A stretch of DNA of 64,000 nucleotides from an uncultured Chloroflexia bacterium (lineage in GTDB: Bacteria; Chloroflexota; Limnocylindria; Limnocylindrales; CSP1-4), in the NCBI GenBank assembly GCA_963764515.1, contig CAVXSS010000001.1:911373-975372 (forward strand), in the 5' to 3' direction. Numbering within the stretch: position 1 is the stretch's first letter; each line of letters begins with the position of its first letter. Shown here piece by piece: positions 17,591 through 27,235 of this stretch. The translations under genes and the position numbers were made by a program. The notes under the pieces were generated by a model that did not search any database, was not told where the DNA came from, and worked only from the letters and a program-made list of their open reading frames with translations.

Positions 17591-18376
17591 GTGAGCGGCA
17601 ACAACCGGGACTCCGGTCGCTCCGTCCTCAGCAAGGGCTTTGCCATCCTCGATGCGCTGCGCGCCGCGGAGACCGGATTGACGAGACCGCAACTGGCCCG
17701 TCGCACGGGTCTGCCGATGACCACCGTGCTCCGCATCGCTACCGAGATGCGTGAGATGCGCGCCCTTGAACTCGATGATCAAGGGACGTATCAGCTCGGT
17801 GCGTGGCTGTGGGAACTTGGGACCTTGGCTGTCGGCCGCTCGACTCTGCGCGAGATCGCCCTGCCGTACATGCAGGACCTGTACGAGGCGACGCACGAGA
17901 ACGTGCAGCTCGCGGTCCGCGACGGGCACGACGCCCTGATCGTCGACCGGATCCGCGGGCCAAAGTCTGTCCCGATCGTGACTCGTCCGGGCGGCCGGTT
18001 GCCGTTGCACGCGACCGGAGTCGGCAAGGCGATCCTCGCCTACGAACCGGCGCCGTTCATCGAGGAGCTCATCTCGTGTGGCCTTCCTCGGATGACCCCG
18101 TTCACGATCACCGATCCGGATGTCCTGCGCCGCGATCTGGCCCAGGTCCGCATCCGTGGCTATTCGGTGACGAAGGACGAGATGACCATCGGGGCAGTCT
18201 CCGTGGGAGCGGCGATCTTCGGGCCGGACGACCAGGTCGTAGGCGCCGTCTCGACCGTGGTCGCGACGAAGGGGGCAAGTCCGACCGCACTGGCGCCTGC
18301 CGTACGGGCCGTCGCGCGCGGGCTGACGCGACGCGTCGGCCCGCTTCGGAACGACGGCCACCTCGGGGTACGCTAG
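17591..18376 (+). CDS. IclR-family regulator (PcaR/PobR-like)
   Basis: N-terminal HTH and C-terminal GxRLPLHATGVGKAILA. Directly upstream of pcaH-pobA. Confidence 0.9.
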   Translation: MSGNNRDSGRSVLSKGFAILDALRAAETGLTRPQLARRTGLPMTTVLRIATEMREMRALELDDQGTYQLGAWLWELGTLAVGRSTLREIALPYMQDLYEATHENVQLAVRDGHDALIVDRIRGPKSVPIVTRPGGRLPLHATGVGKAILAYEPAPFIEELISCGLPRMTPFTITDPDVLRRDLAQVRIRGYSVTKDEMTIGAVSVGAAIFGPDDQVVGAVSTVVATKGASPTALAPAVRAVARGLTRRVGPLRNDGHLGVR

Positions 18377-18390
18377 AAGCTGGCTCGAAT

Positions 18391-18405
18391 GTCCGTTCAG
18401 TGGAC
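18391..18405 (+). promoter_or_regulatory. Candidate IclR operator upstream of pcaH (GTCCGTTCAGTGGAC)
   Basis: 15 bp imperfect palindrome matching the site upstream of pcaG in the same gene-relative orientation. Confidence 0.6.
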
Positions 18406-18489
18406 TGTGACCTTGTAACGTGCAGGAGCGGGTCGCTAGCGTTCGAGTGACCCACCCAAACCGAGCACGTTGTCTGGAGTGCACGCGAC

Positions 18490-19218
18490 GTGGCGATTCG
18501 ACCCGATGCGAGAAGTGGATCCGCCGAACGCCTGCTCTCCGTCGACCCCCCGCTCCTCTACCCTCCCTACGCCTCGACGGTGCTCCGAGCACCGAGCCGC
18601 ACCTTTGGTCTCGTGCCGAGGGGAGCCACGGAGTTGACCGGTCCGGTCTTCGGCGCGAGTCGAGTACGGGAGAGCGACGCTGACCTGACACGGCAACACG
18701 ACGGGGAACCCCAGGGCGAACGGATCATCGTGTGGGGGCGGGTGACCGACTCGGACGGTCGGCCGGTGCCCGCAACCCTGATCGAGGCGTGGCAGGCGAA
18801 TGCGGGCGGTCGCTACGCGCACGAGTGGGACGATCACCCCGCCCCACTCGATCCGAACTTCACGGGACTCGGGCGCTGTCTGACCGGCGAGGATGGCCTC
18901 TTCAAGTTCGTCACGATCAAGCCCGGCGCCTATCCATGGCGGAACCACCCGAACGCCTGGCGGCCGGCCCATATCCACTTCTCACTGTTCGGTCAAGCCT
19001 TCGTCCAGCGCCTGGTCACGCAGATGTACTTTCCCGGCGATCCACTCCTGCCGTTCGACCCGATCTACAACTCGGTGCCGAGCGTGCGCGGACGCGAACG
19101 ACTCATCTCCAAGATCGATCTCGAGCAGACGGTCCCCGAGTGGGCGCTGGCCTACAAGTTCGACATCGTGCTGCGGGGTCGGGGGGCGACGCCTTTCGAG
19201 AGCGAACCCGATGACTGA
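18490..19218 (+). CDS. pcaH: Protocatechuate 3,4-dioxygenase beta subunit
   Basis: WQANAGGRY, TIKPGAYPWRNHPNAWRPAHIHFS (Fe ligands Tyr/His). Confidence 0.95.
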   Translation: MAIRPDARSGSAERLLSVDPPLLYPPYASTVLRAPSRTFGLVPRGATELTGPVFGASRVRESDADLTRQHDGEPQGERIIVWGRVTDSDGRPVPATLIEAWQANAGGRYAHEWDDHPAPLDPNFTGLGRCLTGEDGLFKFVTIKPGAYPWRNHPNAWRPAHIHFSLFGQAFVQRLVTQMYFPGDPLLPFDPIYNSVPSVRGRERLISKIDLEQTVPEWALAYKFDIVLRGRGATPFESEPDD

Positions 19219-19221
19219 CGG

Positions 19222-20403
19222 GTGAGTGCGACGCGTGTCCAGGCGGGGATCATCGGGGCCGGGCCGGCTGGGCTTTTCCTCTCCCATCTCCTCCACCTCT
19301 CAGGCATCGAGTCGATCGTCCTGGAGAGCCGCTCGCGCGACCATGTCGAGCATCGGGTCAGGGCGGGCGTCCTCGAGCAAGGCACGGTCGACCTCATGCG
19401 CGACGTCGGCCTGTCGGAACGGATGGACCGTGAGGGCCTCGTCCATACGGGTATCGAACTCCGCTTCGCCGGGAGGAGCCACCGCATCGCCATGGCCGAC
19501 CTGGCCGGCGGGCGGTCGATCACCATCTACGGCCAGCAGGAGGTCGTGAAGGACCTCATCGCGATACGCCTCGCGGCCGGAGCCGACATCAGGTTCGAGG
19601 TCGAGGACGTACAGGTGCACGCGATCGACGGGGATCATCCGTCGATCACGTTTCGCGAGGACGGCCGTGAGGAACGACTCGAGTGTGACTTCATCGTCGG
19701 TTGCGATGGCTTTCACGGGGTCGCGCGCAGGTCGGTCCCGGACGGCGTCCTGACCGAGTACCACCACGAGTTCCCGTTCGCCTGGCTCGGGATCCTCGTT
19801 GCTGCGCCACCGTCGACCGACGAGCTGATCTACGCACGTCACGACCTGGGCTTCGCCCTTCACAGCATGCGGTCACCGTCCATCGGCCGGCTGTACATCC
19901 AGGTCGACCCCACGGCGCAGATCGAGGATTGGCCGGACGCTCGCATCTGGGAGCAACTCCACCTCCGCCTTGCATACGACGGCTGGTCGCTCGAAGAGGG
20001 ACCGGTCATCGAGAAGGGCATCGCCCAGATGCGCAGCTTCGTCGTCGAGCCGATGCAGTACGGCAGGCTCTTCCTCGCCGGTGACGCCGCCCACATCGTC
20101 CCGGCGACGGGCGCGAAGGGCCTGAACCTCGCCGTCCACGATGTATTCGTGCTCTCGCGCGCGCTCGCCGAGTGGTATGCGACGGGATCAGGTGACCAGC
20201 TCGATGACTATTCGGCGACATGTCTGCGGCGCGTCTGGCGCGCCCAGGACTTCTCGAACTACATGAGCTCCATGCTCCACCGCTACCCGGGCGACGATCC
20301 GTTCCGCGATCGCCTGCAGCTCGCTCGGCTGGAAACCCTCACCGTCTCGACCGGGGCGGCCCAGGCGCTGGCCGTCAACTACACGGGACTACCGCTCGTC
20401 TGA
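19222..20403 (+). CDS. pobA: 4-hydroxybenzoate 3-monooxygenase
   Basis: GAGPAGL, RVRAGVLEQG, CDGFHG, LAGDAAHIVPATGAKGLNLA. Confidence 0.92.
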   Translation: MSATRVQAGIIGAGPAGLFLSHLLHLSGIESIVLESRSRDHVEHRVRAGVLEQGTVDLMRDVGLSERMDREGLVHTGIELRFAGRSHRIAMADLAGGRSITIYGQQEVVKDLIAIRLAAGADIRFEVEDVQVHAIDGDHPSITFREDGREERLECDFIVGCDGFHGVARRSVPDGVLTEYHHEFPFAWLGILVAAPPSTDELIYARHDLGFALHSMRSPSIGRLYIQVDPTAQIEDWPDARIWEQLHLRLAYDGWSLEEGPVIEKGIAQMRSFVVEPMQYGRLFLAGDAAHIVPATGAKGLNLAVHDVFVLSRALAEWYATGSGDQLDDYSATCLRRVWRAQDFSNYMSSMLHRYPGDDPFRDRLQLARLETLTVSTGAAQALAVNYTGLPLV

Positions 20404-20793
20404 GTCTGCGTCACCGATGTCAGCAAGGGTCCGCTGCGCGATCGCGAAGGCGGCATTGCCGGCGGGCACGCCCGCATAGACCGACACGTGCAGCAACACC
20501 TCGGCGATCTCGTCGGGAGTCAGGCCGTTGCGAACGGCCGCGCGCACGTGCATCGCGATCTCGCCCTCCGCTCGCATGGCCGTGAGGGCGGCGAGCGTGA
20601 TCATCGATCGGGTGCGGCGGTCCAGACCCGGACGCGCCCAGACGTCTCCCCACGCTGCTCGCGTGATGTACTCCTGGAAGGGCTCGGTGAAGGCGTCGGT
20701 CAGGGCGATCGCACGGTCGACATGGGCCTCGCCCAGCACCTCTCGCCGAACACGCATGCCGCGCTGGTAGCGGTCGTCGTCAGGTGGCGTCAT
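20389..20793 (-). CDS. pcaC: 4-carboxymuconolactone decarboxylase
   Basis: GMRVRREVLGEAHVDRA, FQEYITRAAWGDVWARPGLDRRTRSMIT. Confidence 0.93.
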   Translation of the reverse strand: MTPPDDDRYQRGMRVRREVLGEAHVDRAIALTDAFTEPFQEYITRAAWGDVWARPGLDRRTRSMITLAALTAMRAEGEIAMHVRAAVRNGLTPDEIAEVLLHVSVYAGVPAGNAAFAIAQRTLADIGDADSDER

Positions 20794-21559
20794 CAGTCCT
20801 GCCTCCTAGGTGCGCCCGGATGGCTGCTGTCACCGCGTCGGCGGCTTCGACGTTGGCAAGGTGCGCCACCCCTTCGATCACGGTCACCCTGGCCGAGACC
20901 ATCGCGGCAGCGATGCCTTCCGCTGCTTCGAGCGGGGCGGCGGGATCGTCCTCGCCGACCAGCAGAAGCGTCGGCGCCGCGATCCGGCCCAATCCCGGGC
21001 GCAGGTCCATCGCAGCGATGGCGTCGCAGCATGCTGCGTACCCCTCCGCAGGCGTGGCCGCGAGCATGTCGCGGATCTGTCGCGCGATCGCTGGCTGCCG
21101 CTGTCGATAGCCCCAGCGTTCGACGACGAGGTCGCTGACTGCCGCGGTGCCACCGGTGCGAACGCGTCGGGCGCGATCGCTCCAGGCCTCAGGCGCGGCA
21201 GGGGCGGCCACGACGCACGCCGCCACGAGACGCTGGACGCGACGCGGCGCCAGTGCCGCCATGGAGAGACCGACCATCCCCCCGAGAGACAGACCGCAGA
21301 CGGATGCCCGCTCGATGTCGAGCCTGCCGAGCAGGGCCAGCACGTCGTCGGCGAGGTCCTCGATCGAGTACGGACCCGAGAGCACTGGGGACAGACCATG
21401 ACCGCGCAAGTCGACCGCGACCAGCCGGAAGTCTCGACTGAGCGGCGCGACCTGCGGCGACCACATCTCGAGCGAGGTGCCGATCGCGTGAAGGAGGACG
21501 ACCGTCTCGGCGCCGGGCCTGCCCGTCACTTCGCAGTGGAGCGAAACGGGCTCGCTCAC
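20780..21559 (-). CDS. pcaD: 3-oxoadipate enol-lactonase
   Basis: Alpha/beta hydrolase with GLSLGG, EGYAACC and HLANVE. pca context. Confidence 0.9.
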   Translation of the reverse strand: MSEPVSLHCEVTGRPGAETVVLLHAIGTSLEMWSPQVAPLSRDFRLVAVDLRGHGLSPVLSGPYSIEDLADDVLALLGRLDIERASVCGLSLGGMVGLSMAALAPRRVQRLVAACVVAAPAAPEAWSDRARRVRTGGTAAVSDLVVERWGYRQRQPAIARQIRDMLAATPAEGYAACCDAIAAMDLRPGLGRIAAPTLLLVGEDDPAAPLEAAEGIAAAMVSARVTVIEGVAHLANVEAADAVTAAIRAHLGGRTDDAT

Positions 21560-22689
21560 GTTCGCCGCAGGCGGCCATCGAGGATGGCGTCGACCAGCAC
21601 GGCGGCGGCTCCGTTGTCCGGATCGGCTGATCCGAGGTTCCGGGACATCCGGTCTGGATGGATGACCAGATGCTCAAGGCTGTCCCGGAGCCATGCCGCC
21701 GCCGAACCGATCTCGGCGAGCAGCTGACGGAGCGGGAGCCACTCGGCCTGCCAGGCCCCAGCGGCTCGCTCGTGTTCCTGCGGCATCGCAGCGAGCAGCG
21801 TGGCTGCCAACCCGCTCGCCCTCCGAGTGCATGCCAGGACCGTGATCGCCGCGATCGGGTTGTGTTTGTGCGGCATCGCCGAGGAGGCGCCTCGGCCGCT
21901 GGCGCCCTCCTCGACCTCGCCGACCTCGGTCTGTGCCAGTAGCACGATGTCGGTCGCTGGTTTCGCGAGGGCCCCTGCACTGACCCCGAGCGAGGCCGCA
22001 AGATCGCCGATCCTGGTGCGCTCGGAATGCCATGGCGCGACGGGAGCCACCAGCTCAAGACGCTCGGCGAAGACTTCGACGATGCGGAAGCCGTGGATGC
22101 CGTAGGACGCCAAGGTCCCGGACGGTCCTCCCAGCTGCACCGCCAGGCCGGACTGGCGGATCCGATGGAGATGGTCCGAGGCATGATCGAGGCCCATCGC
22201 CCAATCGGCGGCCTTGAGGCCGAACGTGGTCGGTACGGCCTGCTGCAAGAGCGTGCGACCGATGATCGGCGTGTCTCGGTATCGCTGCGCGAAGGCAGCG
22301 GCCGTGCCCGCGGCTGCGTCGAGATCGACGAGGATCGCATCCAGCGATGATCGGGCGACGAGCATCGAGGCGGTGTCGATGATGTCCTGACTCGTCGCTC
22401 CGAAATGCACCGAGCGAGAGACCTCGGGCCCGACCGCAGCCCGGAGGCGCGCGATCAACGGTATGACTGGTGTGCCGGATTCGCCGGCCTCCGACGCGAT
22501 CGCTTCGACATCGATTGTCAGCCCGGATGCCGCCACCGCGATCCGGTCCGCATGCTCGCCAGGTATCAGGCCCACCTGTGCGCAGGCAGCGGCCAGGGCC
22601 ACCTCCACGTCCAGCATCCCCCGGAGCCACGCCGTGTCGGAGGCGGTCTGGGCGGCGCGACCGCGCGCCCACACCCATCCAGTCGTCAC
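21556..22689 (-). CDS. pcaB: 3-carboxy-cis,cis-muconate cycloisomerase
   Basis: Fumarase superfamily motifs HFGATSQDIIDT, GRTLLQQA, SSAMPHKHNP. Short form. Confidence 0.92.
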   Translation of the reverse strand: MTTGWVWARGRAAQTASDTAWLRGMLDVEVALAAACAQVGLIPGEHADRIAVAASGLTIDVEAIASEAGESGTPVIPLIARLRAAVGPEVSRSVHFGATSQDIIDTASMLVARSSLDAILVDLDAAAGTAAAFAQRYRDTPIIGRTLLQQAVPTTFGLKAADWAMGLDHASDHLHRIRQSGLAVQLGGPSGTLASYGIHGFRIVEVFAERLELVAPVAPWHSERTRIGDLAASLGVSAGALAKPATDIVLLAQTEVGEVEEGASGRGASSAMPHKHNPIAAITVLACTRRASGLAATLLAAMPQEHERAAGAWQAEWLPLRQLLAEIGSAAAWLRDSLEHLVIHPDRMSRNLGSADPDNGAAAVLVDAILDGRLRRT

Positions 22690-22698
22690 GCGGGCGGC

Positions 22699-23247
22699 TC
22701 AGAGATCGAAGAAGGCCGTCTGGCCCTCGCCCTGAAGGCGGATGTCAAAGCGATAGCCATCCTGTGATCGACTGGCGACCATCGTGCTGCGGGCCGGCTC
22801 CGGGATCGAGGCCAGGACCGGATCATCCTCGTTCGTGGCCTCATCGGGAAAGTACAACCGCGTGACCACCGGGCGCAGCAGCCCGCGCATGAAAACCGCG
22901 ACGGCGATGTACGGCGCCGCGGGTGCACCATCGGGTCCCGAAACGGCGGCCGGCTTGACCGTCCGGATCGCATACGCGCCCGCATCGTCGGTCGGACAAC
23001 GAGCGAAGCCGCGGAACGGTGCGTCGCGATCATCGGGAAACGTTCCGTCAGCGTCCGCCTGCCAGGTCTCCACCATCGCATCGGGGATCGGGTCGCCTGC
23101 CCCGTCGCTGACGACGCCTCGGATCCAGATCGCTCCGACGTGATCGGGGCCGACGGCGAAGGGGCCATCGGGCCAGGGCAAGGCGATGGCGAAAAACGGA
23201 CCGACCGTCTGTGAAGGTGTCGGAAGCAGGTCGGTGCGAGGTTCCAC
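22699..23247 (-). CDS. pcaG: Protocatechuate 3,4-dioxygenase alpha subunit
   Basis: TPSQTVGPFF, WQADADG, FDIRLQGEGQTAFFDL. Confidence 0.95.
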   Translation of the reverse strand: MEPRTDLLPTPSQTVGPFFAIALPWPDGPFAVGPDHVGAIWIRGVVSDGAGDPIPDAMVETWQADADGTFPDDRDAPFRGFARCPTDDAGAYAIRTVKPAAVSGPDGAPAAPYIAVAVFMRGLLRPVVTRLYFPDEATNEDDPVLASIPEPARSTMVASRSQDGYRFDIRLQGEGQTAFFDL

Positions 23248-23315
23248 GCAGCCTCCCGAGCGATCTCTTGGGCGCCCGAACCGTACGGTCGCCGTTACCT
23301 ACCGGCAAGTATCGC

Positions 23316-23330
23316 GTCCACTGGGTGGAC
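23316..23330 (-). promoter_or_regulatory. Candidate IclR operator upstream of pcaG (GTCCA-N5-TGGAC)
   Basis: Perfect 5 bp-arm palindrome. Its sense-strand read, GTCCACCCAGTGGAC, matches 18391-18405 at 12 of 15 positions. Confidence 0.6.
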
Positions 23331-23499
23331 AGAGTCCTTGCTTTCGCCTGCGGCGCTTCCATACGGTCGAAAACGACCACCGCCGATGGGCCAATCGGCA
23401 CTTGCGCTGCGTACGGTACTCGCGGACGCCCACGGGTGTCGACGCAGCACGAGGCGTCCGATACCAAGTCGCCCGGCGGGCTCGAGGAGGAATGCATCG

Positions 23500-24891
23500 A
23501 TGTCCGACCCAGAGGTGCACGAAGAGCGGCTGCTACCGAGAAGGTCCGTGCTCAAGGCTGCGGCCCTGGGGGCGGCGGCCACCGGCGTTGCCGCGTTCCT
23601 GGCGGCCTGCGGCGTCAAGACGTCCAGCCCTAGCGCAGGAGCCTCGGCCGCGGCCGGAGCCTCGGCCGGTGCGAGTACAGGCCCCAGCGTCGTTCCATCC
23701 GCTGAGGCGATCCCCTTCAAGATCGGCTTCATCAGCCCGCAGACCGGCCCGGCAGCAGGGTTCGGCGAGCCGGATCCCTACATCATCGGCCTCGTCCAGC
23801 AGAAGCTGAACCAAGGCTTCCAGGCCGGCGGGAAGAACTACGCGATCACGATCATCCAGAAGGACGGGCAGTCGGATCCGGCGAAGGCAGCCCAGGTCGC
23901 GAACGACATGATCAACAGCGACAAGGTCGACATGATCCTCGCGACGTCCACCCCCGAAAACAACAACCCGGTCGCCGATGCGGCCGAGGCCGCCGGCGTA
24001 CCGTTGATCGCAAGCGTCGAGCCGTGGGAAGCGTTCTTCTTCGCGCGACAGAAGGACCCGGCCAAGCCGGTTCCCTTCAAGTTCACCTACCTCTTCTCCT
24101 TCGGCGTCGACGAGTTCGCCGAGACCTACATCTCGATGTGGGACGACATCCCGACCAACAAGAAGGTTGGCGTGATGTGGCCGAACGACGCCGACGGGAA
24201 CGCGATCCGCGCGGCACTGCGGCCCCAGCTGGAGAAGGCCGGATACACGATCGTCGACCCCGGCGCCTACGAGGACGGCACCAACGACTACTCCGCGCAG
24301 ATCGCGAAGTTCAAGCAGGAGAACTGCCAGATCTTCAACACGTTTCCGCTGCCACCCGACTTCGCGACCTTCTGGAAGCAGGCCGCGCAGCAGGGCTACG
24401 TCCCGAAGATCGCGCAGATCGCCAAGACCGGGTTGTTCCCCTCGCAGATCGAGGCCCTCGGGGACCTCGGGCTCGGCCTCGCGAGCGCTGCCTACTGGAC
24501 GCCCACGTTCCCCTACTCGTCGTTGTTCCTCGGGACCTCGTCGGCTGACCTCGCGAGCGGTTACACGGCGAGCACGGGTCGGCAGTGGAACCAGGACCTG
24601 GGTACCACGACGGCGTTGTTCGATGCAGCGACGAGTGCCATCGCGGCCGCGACCGACCCCAAGGACAAGGCTGCGCTCGCGGCCGCCATCGGCAAGCTGA
24701 ACATCACGTCCACGATCGGCAAGATCGACTTCACGAGCGGCCCGTTCCCGAACATCGCACCGTCCCCGATCATCGGCGGGCAGTGGGTCACCGATCCGAC
24801 CGGCAAGTTCAAGGTCGACTTCCTGATCGTCGAGAACGCGACCGATCCGAATATCCCGATCGCCGCAAAACTCACCCCGTATCGCTCCTAG
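23500..24891 (+). CDS. ABC transporter substrate-binding protein (LivJ-like fold), Tat-type lipoprotein signal
   Basis: SD GAGGAGG, RRSVLK twin-arginine motif, FLAAC, KIGFISPQTGPAAGFG. Confidence 0.88.
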   Translation: MSDPEVHEERLLPRRSVLKAAALGAAATGVAAFLAACGVKTSSPSAGASAAAGASAGASTGPSVVPSAEAIPFKIGFISPQTGPAAGFGEPDPYIIGLVQQKLNQGFQAGGKNYAITIIQKDGQSDPAKAAQVANDMINSDKVDMILATSTPENNNPVADAAEAAGVPLIASVEPWEAFFFARQKDPAKPVPFKFTYLFSFGVDEFAETYISMWDDIPTNKKVGVMWPNDADGNAIRAALRPQLEKAGYTIVDPGAYEDGTNDYSAQIAKFKQENCQIFNTFPLPPDFATFWKQAAQQGYVPKIAQIAKTGLFPSQIEALGDLGLGLASAAYWTPTFPYSSLFLGTSSADLASGYTASTGRQWNQDLGTTTALFDAATSAIAAATDPKDKAALAAAIGKLNITSTIGKIDFTSGPFPNIAPSPIIGGQWVTDPTGKFKVDFLIVENATDPNIPIAAKLTPYRS

Positions 24892-24906
24892 AGTCGCCGG
24901 GACTCG

Positions 24907-25653
24907 GTGACCAACCAGCCTCCGTCAAACGCGGAACCGCTCCTCGCGGGCCGCTCGATCCACAAGCGGTTCGGACAACTCGTCGTCCTCGACGACGTCG
25001 ACTTCGCGCTCGGACCGGGGACCGCGGTCGGGATCGTGGGGCCGAATGGCGCCGGCAAGACGACTCTGCTCGACATCCTTGCCGGCGCCCAGGACCCGAC
25101 GAGCGGGACGATCACCTTCCGGGGGGCGGACGTGACGCTCGCCGGCGCCGCCAGGCGGTCTCGTATGGGTATCGCTCGCACACATCAGGTCCCGCGACCG
25201 TTCTCTAACATGACCGTATTCGAGAACGTGTACGTCGGCGCGACGGCAGCGGGCGGGGTGCGAGGAAAGGCCGCATATGAGCGGTCGATCTCCGCGCTCG
25301 ACGCCACTGGACTGCTGCCGGTCGCGAACCGCCAGACCGGCTCACTCGGGCTGTTGCATCGAAAGCGCCTCGAGCTCGCTCGAGCACTGGCCGTCGGACC
25401 GGATGTCCTTCTGCTCGACGAGATCGGTGGTGGCCTGACCGACGCCGAGGCGGAAGAACTTCTCGAGGTCATCCGTCAGCTGCGCGCCGGCGGACTCACG
25501 ATCGTGTGGATCGAGCACATCGTCCACATCCTCGTTCGGGGCGTCGATCGGCTGATCTGCATGGACTCGGGTCGCGTCATCGCGGACGGACGACCCGACG
25601 AGGTGCTGCGCGACGCTCGCGTCATCGACGCCTATCTCGGACGCCGCGAGTGA
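24907..25653 (+). CDS. ABC transporter ATP-binding protein (LivG-like)
   Basis: Walker A GPNGAGKT, LLLDE, HIVH. Confidence 0.9.
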   Translation: MTNQPPSNAEPLLAGRSIHKRFGQLVVLDDVDFALGPGTAVGIVGPNGAGKTTLLDILAGAQDPTSGTITFRGADVTLAGAARRSRMGIARTHQVPRPFSNMTVFENVYVGATAAGGVRGKAAYERSISALDATGLLPVANRQTGSLGLLHRKRLELARALAVGPDVLLLDEIGGGLTDAEAEELLEVIRQLRAGGLTIVWIEHIVHILVRGVDRLICMDSGRVIADGRPDEVLRDARVIDAYLGRRE

Positions 25654-26369
25654 GTCTTCTCGAAGTCGACCGATTGACCGCGCGCCACGGCGCGCTGACT
25701 GCCGTACGGGAGGTCTCCCTCGAGATCCCCGAAGGCTCGACCCTGGCCCTGGTCGGGGCGAACGGGGCCGGCAAGACGACGTTGCTGCGCACTCTCGCCG
25801 GGGCTCACCCGGTGGCGGAAGGCACGGTTCGCTTCGACGGGCAGGACATCTCCGGGCTACGGGCGTACAAGCGCGTCGGGCTGGGGATCGCACTGGTCCC
25901 GGAGGGTCGTCAGCTGTTCGCCGACATGACTGTCGAGCAGAACCTGCGCGTCGCTGGCGGACGCGGACGGACCGGCTCATGGACCGTCGACACCGTGTTC
26001 GACGCATTCCCCCTGCTGCGCCCACTGGCCAGGTCACGTGCTTCGAGCTTGTCCGGTGGCGAACAACAGGCGACGGCGATCGGGCGGGCGCTGATGGCAA
26101 ATCCTCGTCTGCTCCTCCTGGACGAAGTGTCGTTGGGCCTCGCTCCCGTTGCCGTCGAATTGGTCTATCAGACCCTTGCCGGTCTCCTCGCGACCAAGAC
26201 GGCGACCGTCCTGCTGGTCGAGCAGGACCTGCGCCGCGCGATGTCGGTGGCTGACTCGATCGTGTGCATGCTCGAGGGCCGCGTCGTCCTGTCGGGCAAA
26301 TCGAGCGAGTTCGACCGCGACCAGATCACCGCCGCATATTTCGGCCTCGCCCGCGGAGCGGTGGCGTGA
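25650..26369 (+). CDS. ABC transporter ATP-binding protein (LivF-like)
   Basis: GANGAGKT, LSGGEQQ, LLLDE. GTGA overlap. Confidence 0.9.
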   Translation: MSLLEVDRLTARHGALTAVREVSLEIPEGSTLALVGANGAGKTTLLRTLAGAHPVAEGTVRFDGQDISGLRAYKRVGLGIALVPEGRQLFADMTVEQNLRVAGGRGRTGSWTVDTVFDAFPLLRPLARSRASSLSGGEQQATAIGRALMANPRLLLLDEVSLGLAPVAVELVYQTLAGLLATKTATVLLVEQDLRRAMSVADSIVCMLEGRVVLSGKSSEFDRDQITAAYFGLARGAVA

Positions 26370-27235
26370 TCTGGGTCAACGCCGTCATCCAGGGCATCCT
26401 GCTCGGCGGGCTGTACGCGCTGTTCGCCTGCGGTCTGTCGCTCATGTACGGCGTCATGCGCATCGTGAACCTGGCGCACGGGGATCTGGCCGTCGTCGGC
26501 GCCTACCTCGTGCTCGTCCTGTCGACCGCTACTGGCATCACCCCTTGGCTCACGATGCCACTCGCAGTGGTCGCCATGGCGCTGCTGGGCTATGTGCTGC
26601 AGCGCACGCTGCTGGACCGGAGCCTGCGCGCCGGGCCGCTGACCCCGTTACTGACGACCTTTGGCCTGGCGATCGTCATCCAGAACCTCCTGCTCCAGAT
26701 CTTCACCGCGGACTCGAGATCGCTGGACGCCGGAGCACTCACGACGGCAAGCTGGCAGATCACCAACGAGATCAGCATCCCTGTCTTCGGCTTGGTCGTG
26801 TTCGGCACGGCCGTGGCGATCCTCGGCGGTCTGCAGCTCTTTCTGAACAGGACGTCGCCGGGTCAGGCCATGCGCGCGACCGCCCAGGATCCCGACACGG
26901 CCGAACTCATCGGGATCGATGCGCGGCACTACTACGGCCTGGCGACGGCCATCGCTCTTGCCACCGTGACGGTCGCTGGGACCTTCTTCGGGATGCGCTC
27001 CAGCTTCTCCCCGTCATCCGGGCCGACCCAGCTGATCTTCGCCTTCGAGGCCGTCGTGATCGGCGGGATAGGATCGCTGTGGGGCACCCTGGTCGGCGGG
27101 ATCGTGCTCGGCGTCGCGCAGACCATCGGTGCACAGATCAATCCCCAGGCGTCGATCCTCGCAGGCAACCTGGTCTTCCTCGCGGTCCTGATCATCCGGA
27201 ATAGCCGCTCGGTCGTGGCGAGGGTCACGCAATGA
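26366..27235 (+). CDS. ABC transporter permease (LivH-like)
   Basis: GLSLMYGVMRIVNLAHG, MRATAQD, VVIGGIGS. Confidence 0.9.
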   Translation: MIWVNAVIQGILLGGLYALFACGLSLMYGVMRIVNLAHGDLAVVGAYLVLVLSTATGITPWLTMPLAVVAMALLGYVLQRTLLDRSLRAGPLTPLLTTFGLAIVIQNLLLQIFTADSRSLDAGALTTASWQITNEISIPVFGLVVFGTAVAILGGLQLFLNRTSPGQAMRATAQDPDTAELIGIDARHYYGLATAIALATVTVAGTFFGMRSSFSPSSGPTQLIFAFEAVVIGGIGSLWGTLVGGIVLGVAQTIGAQINPQASILAGNLVFLAVLIIRNSRSVVARVTQ

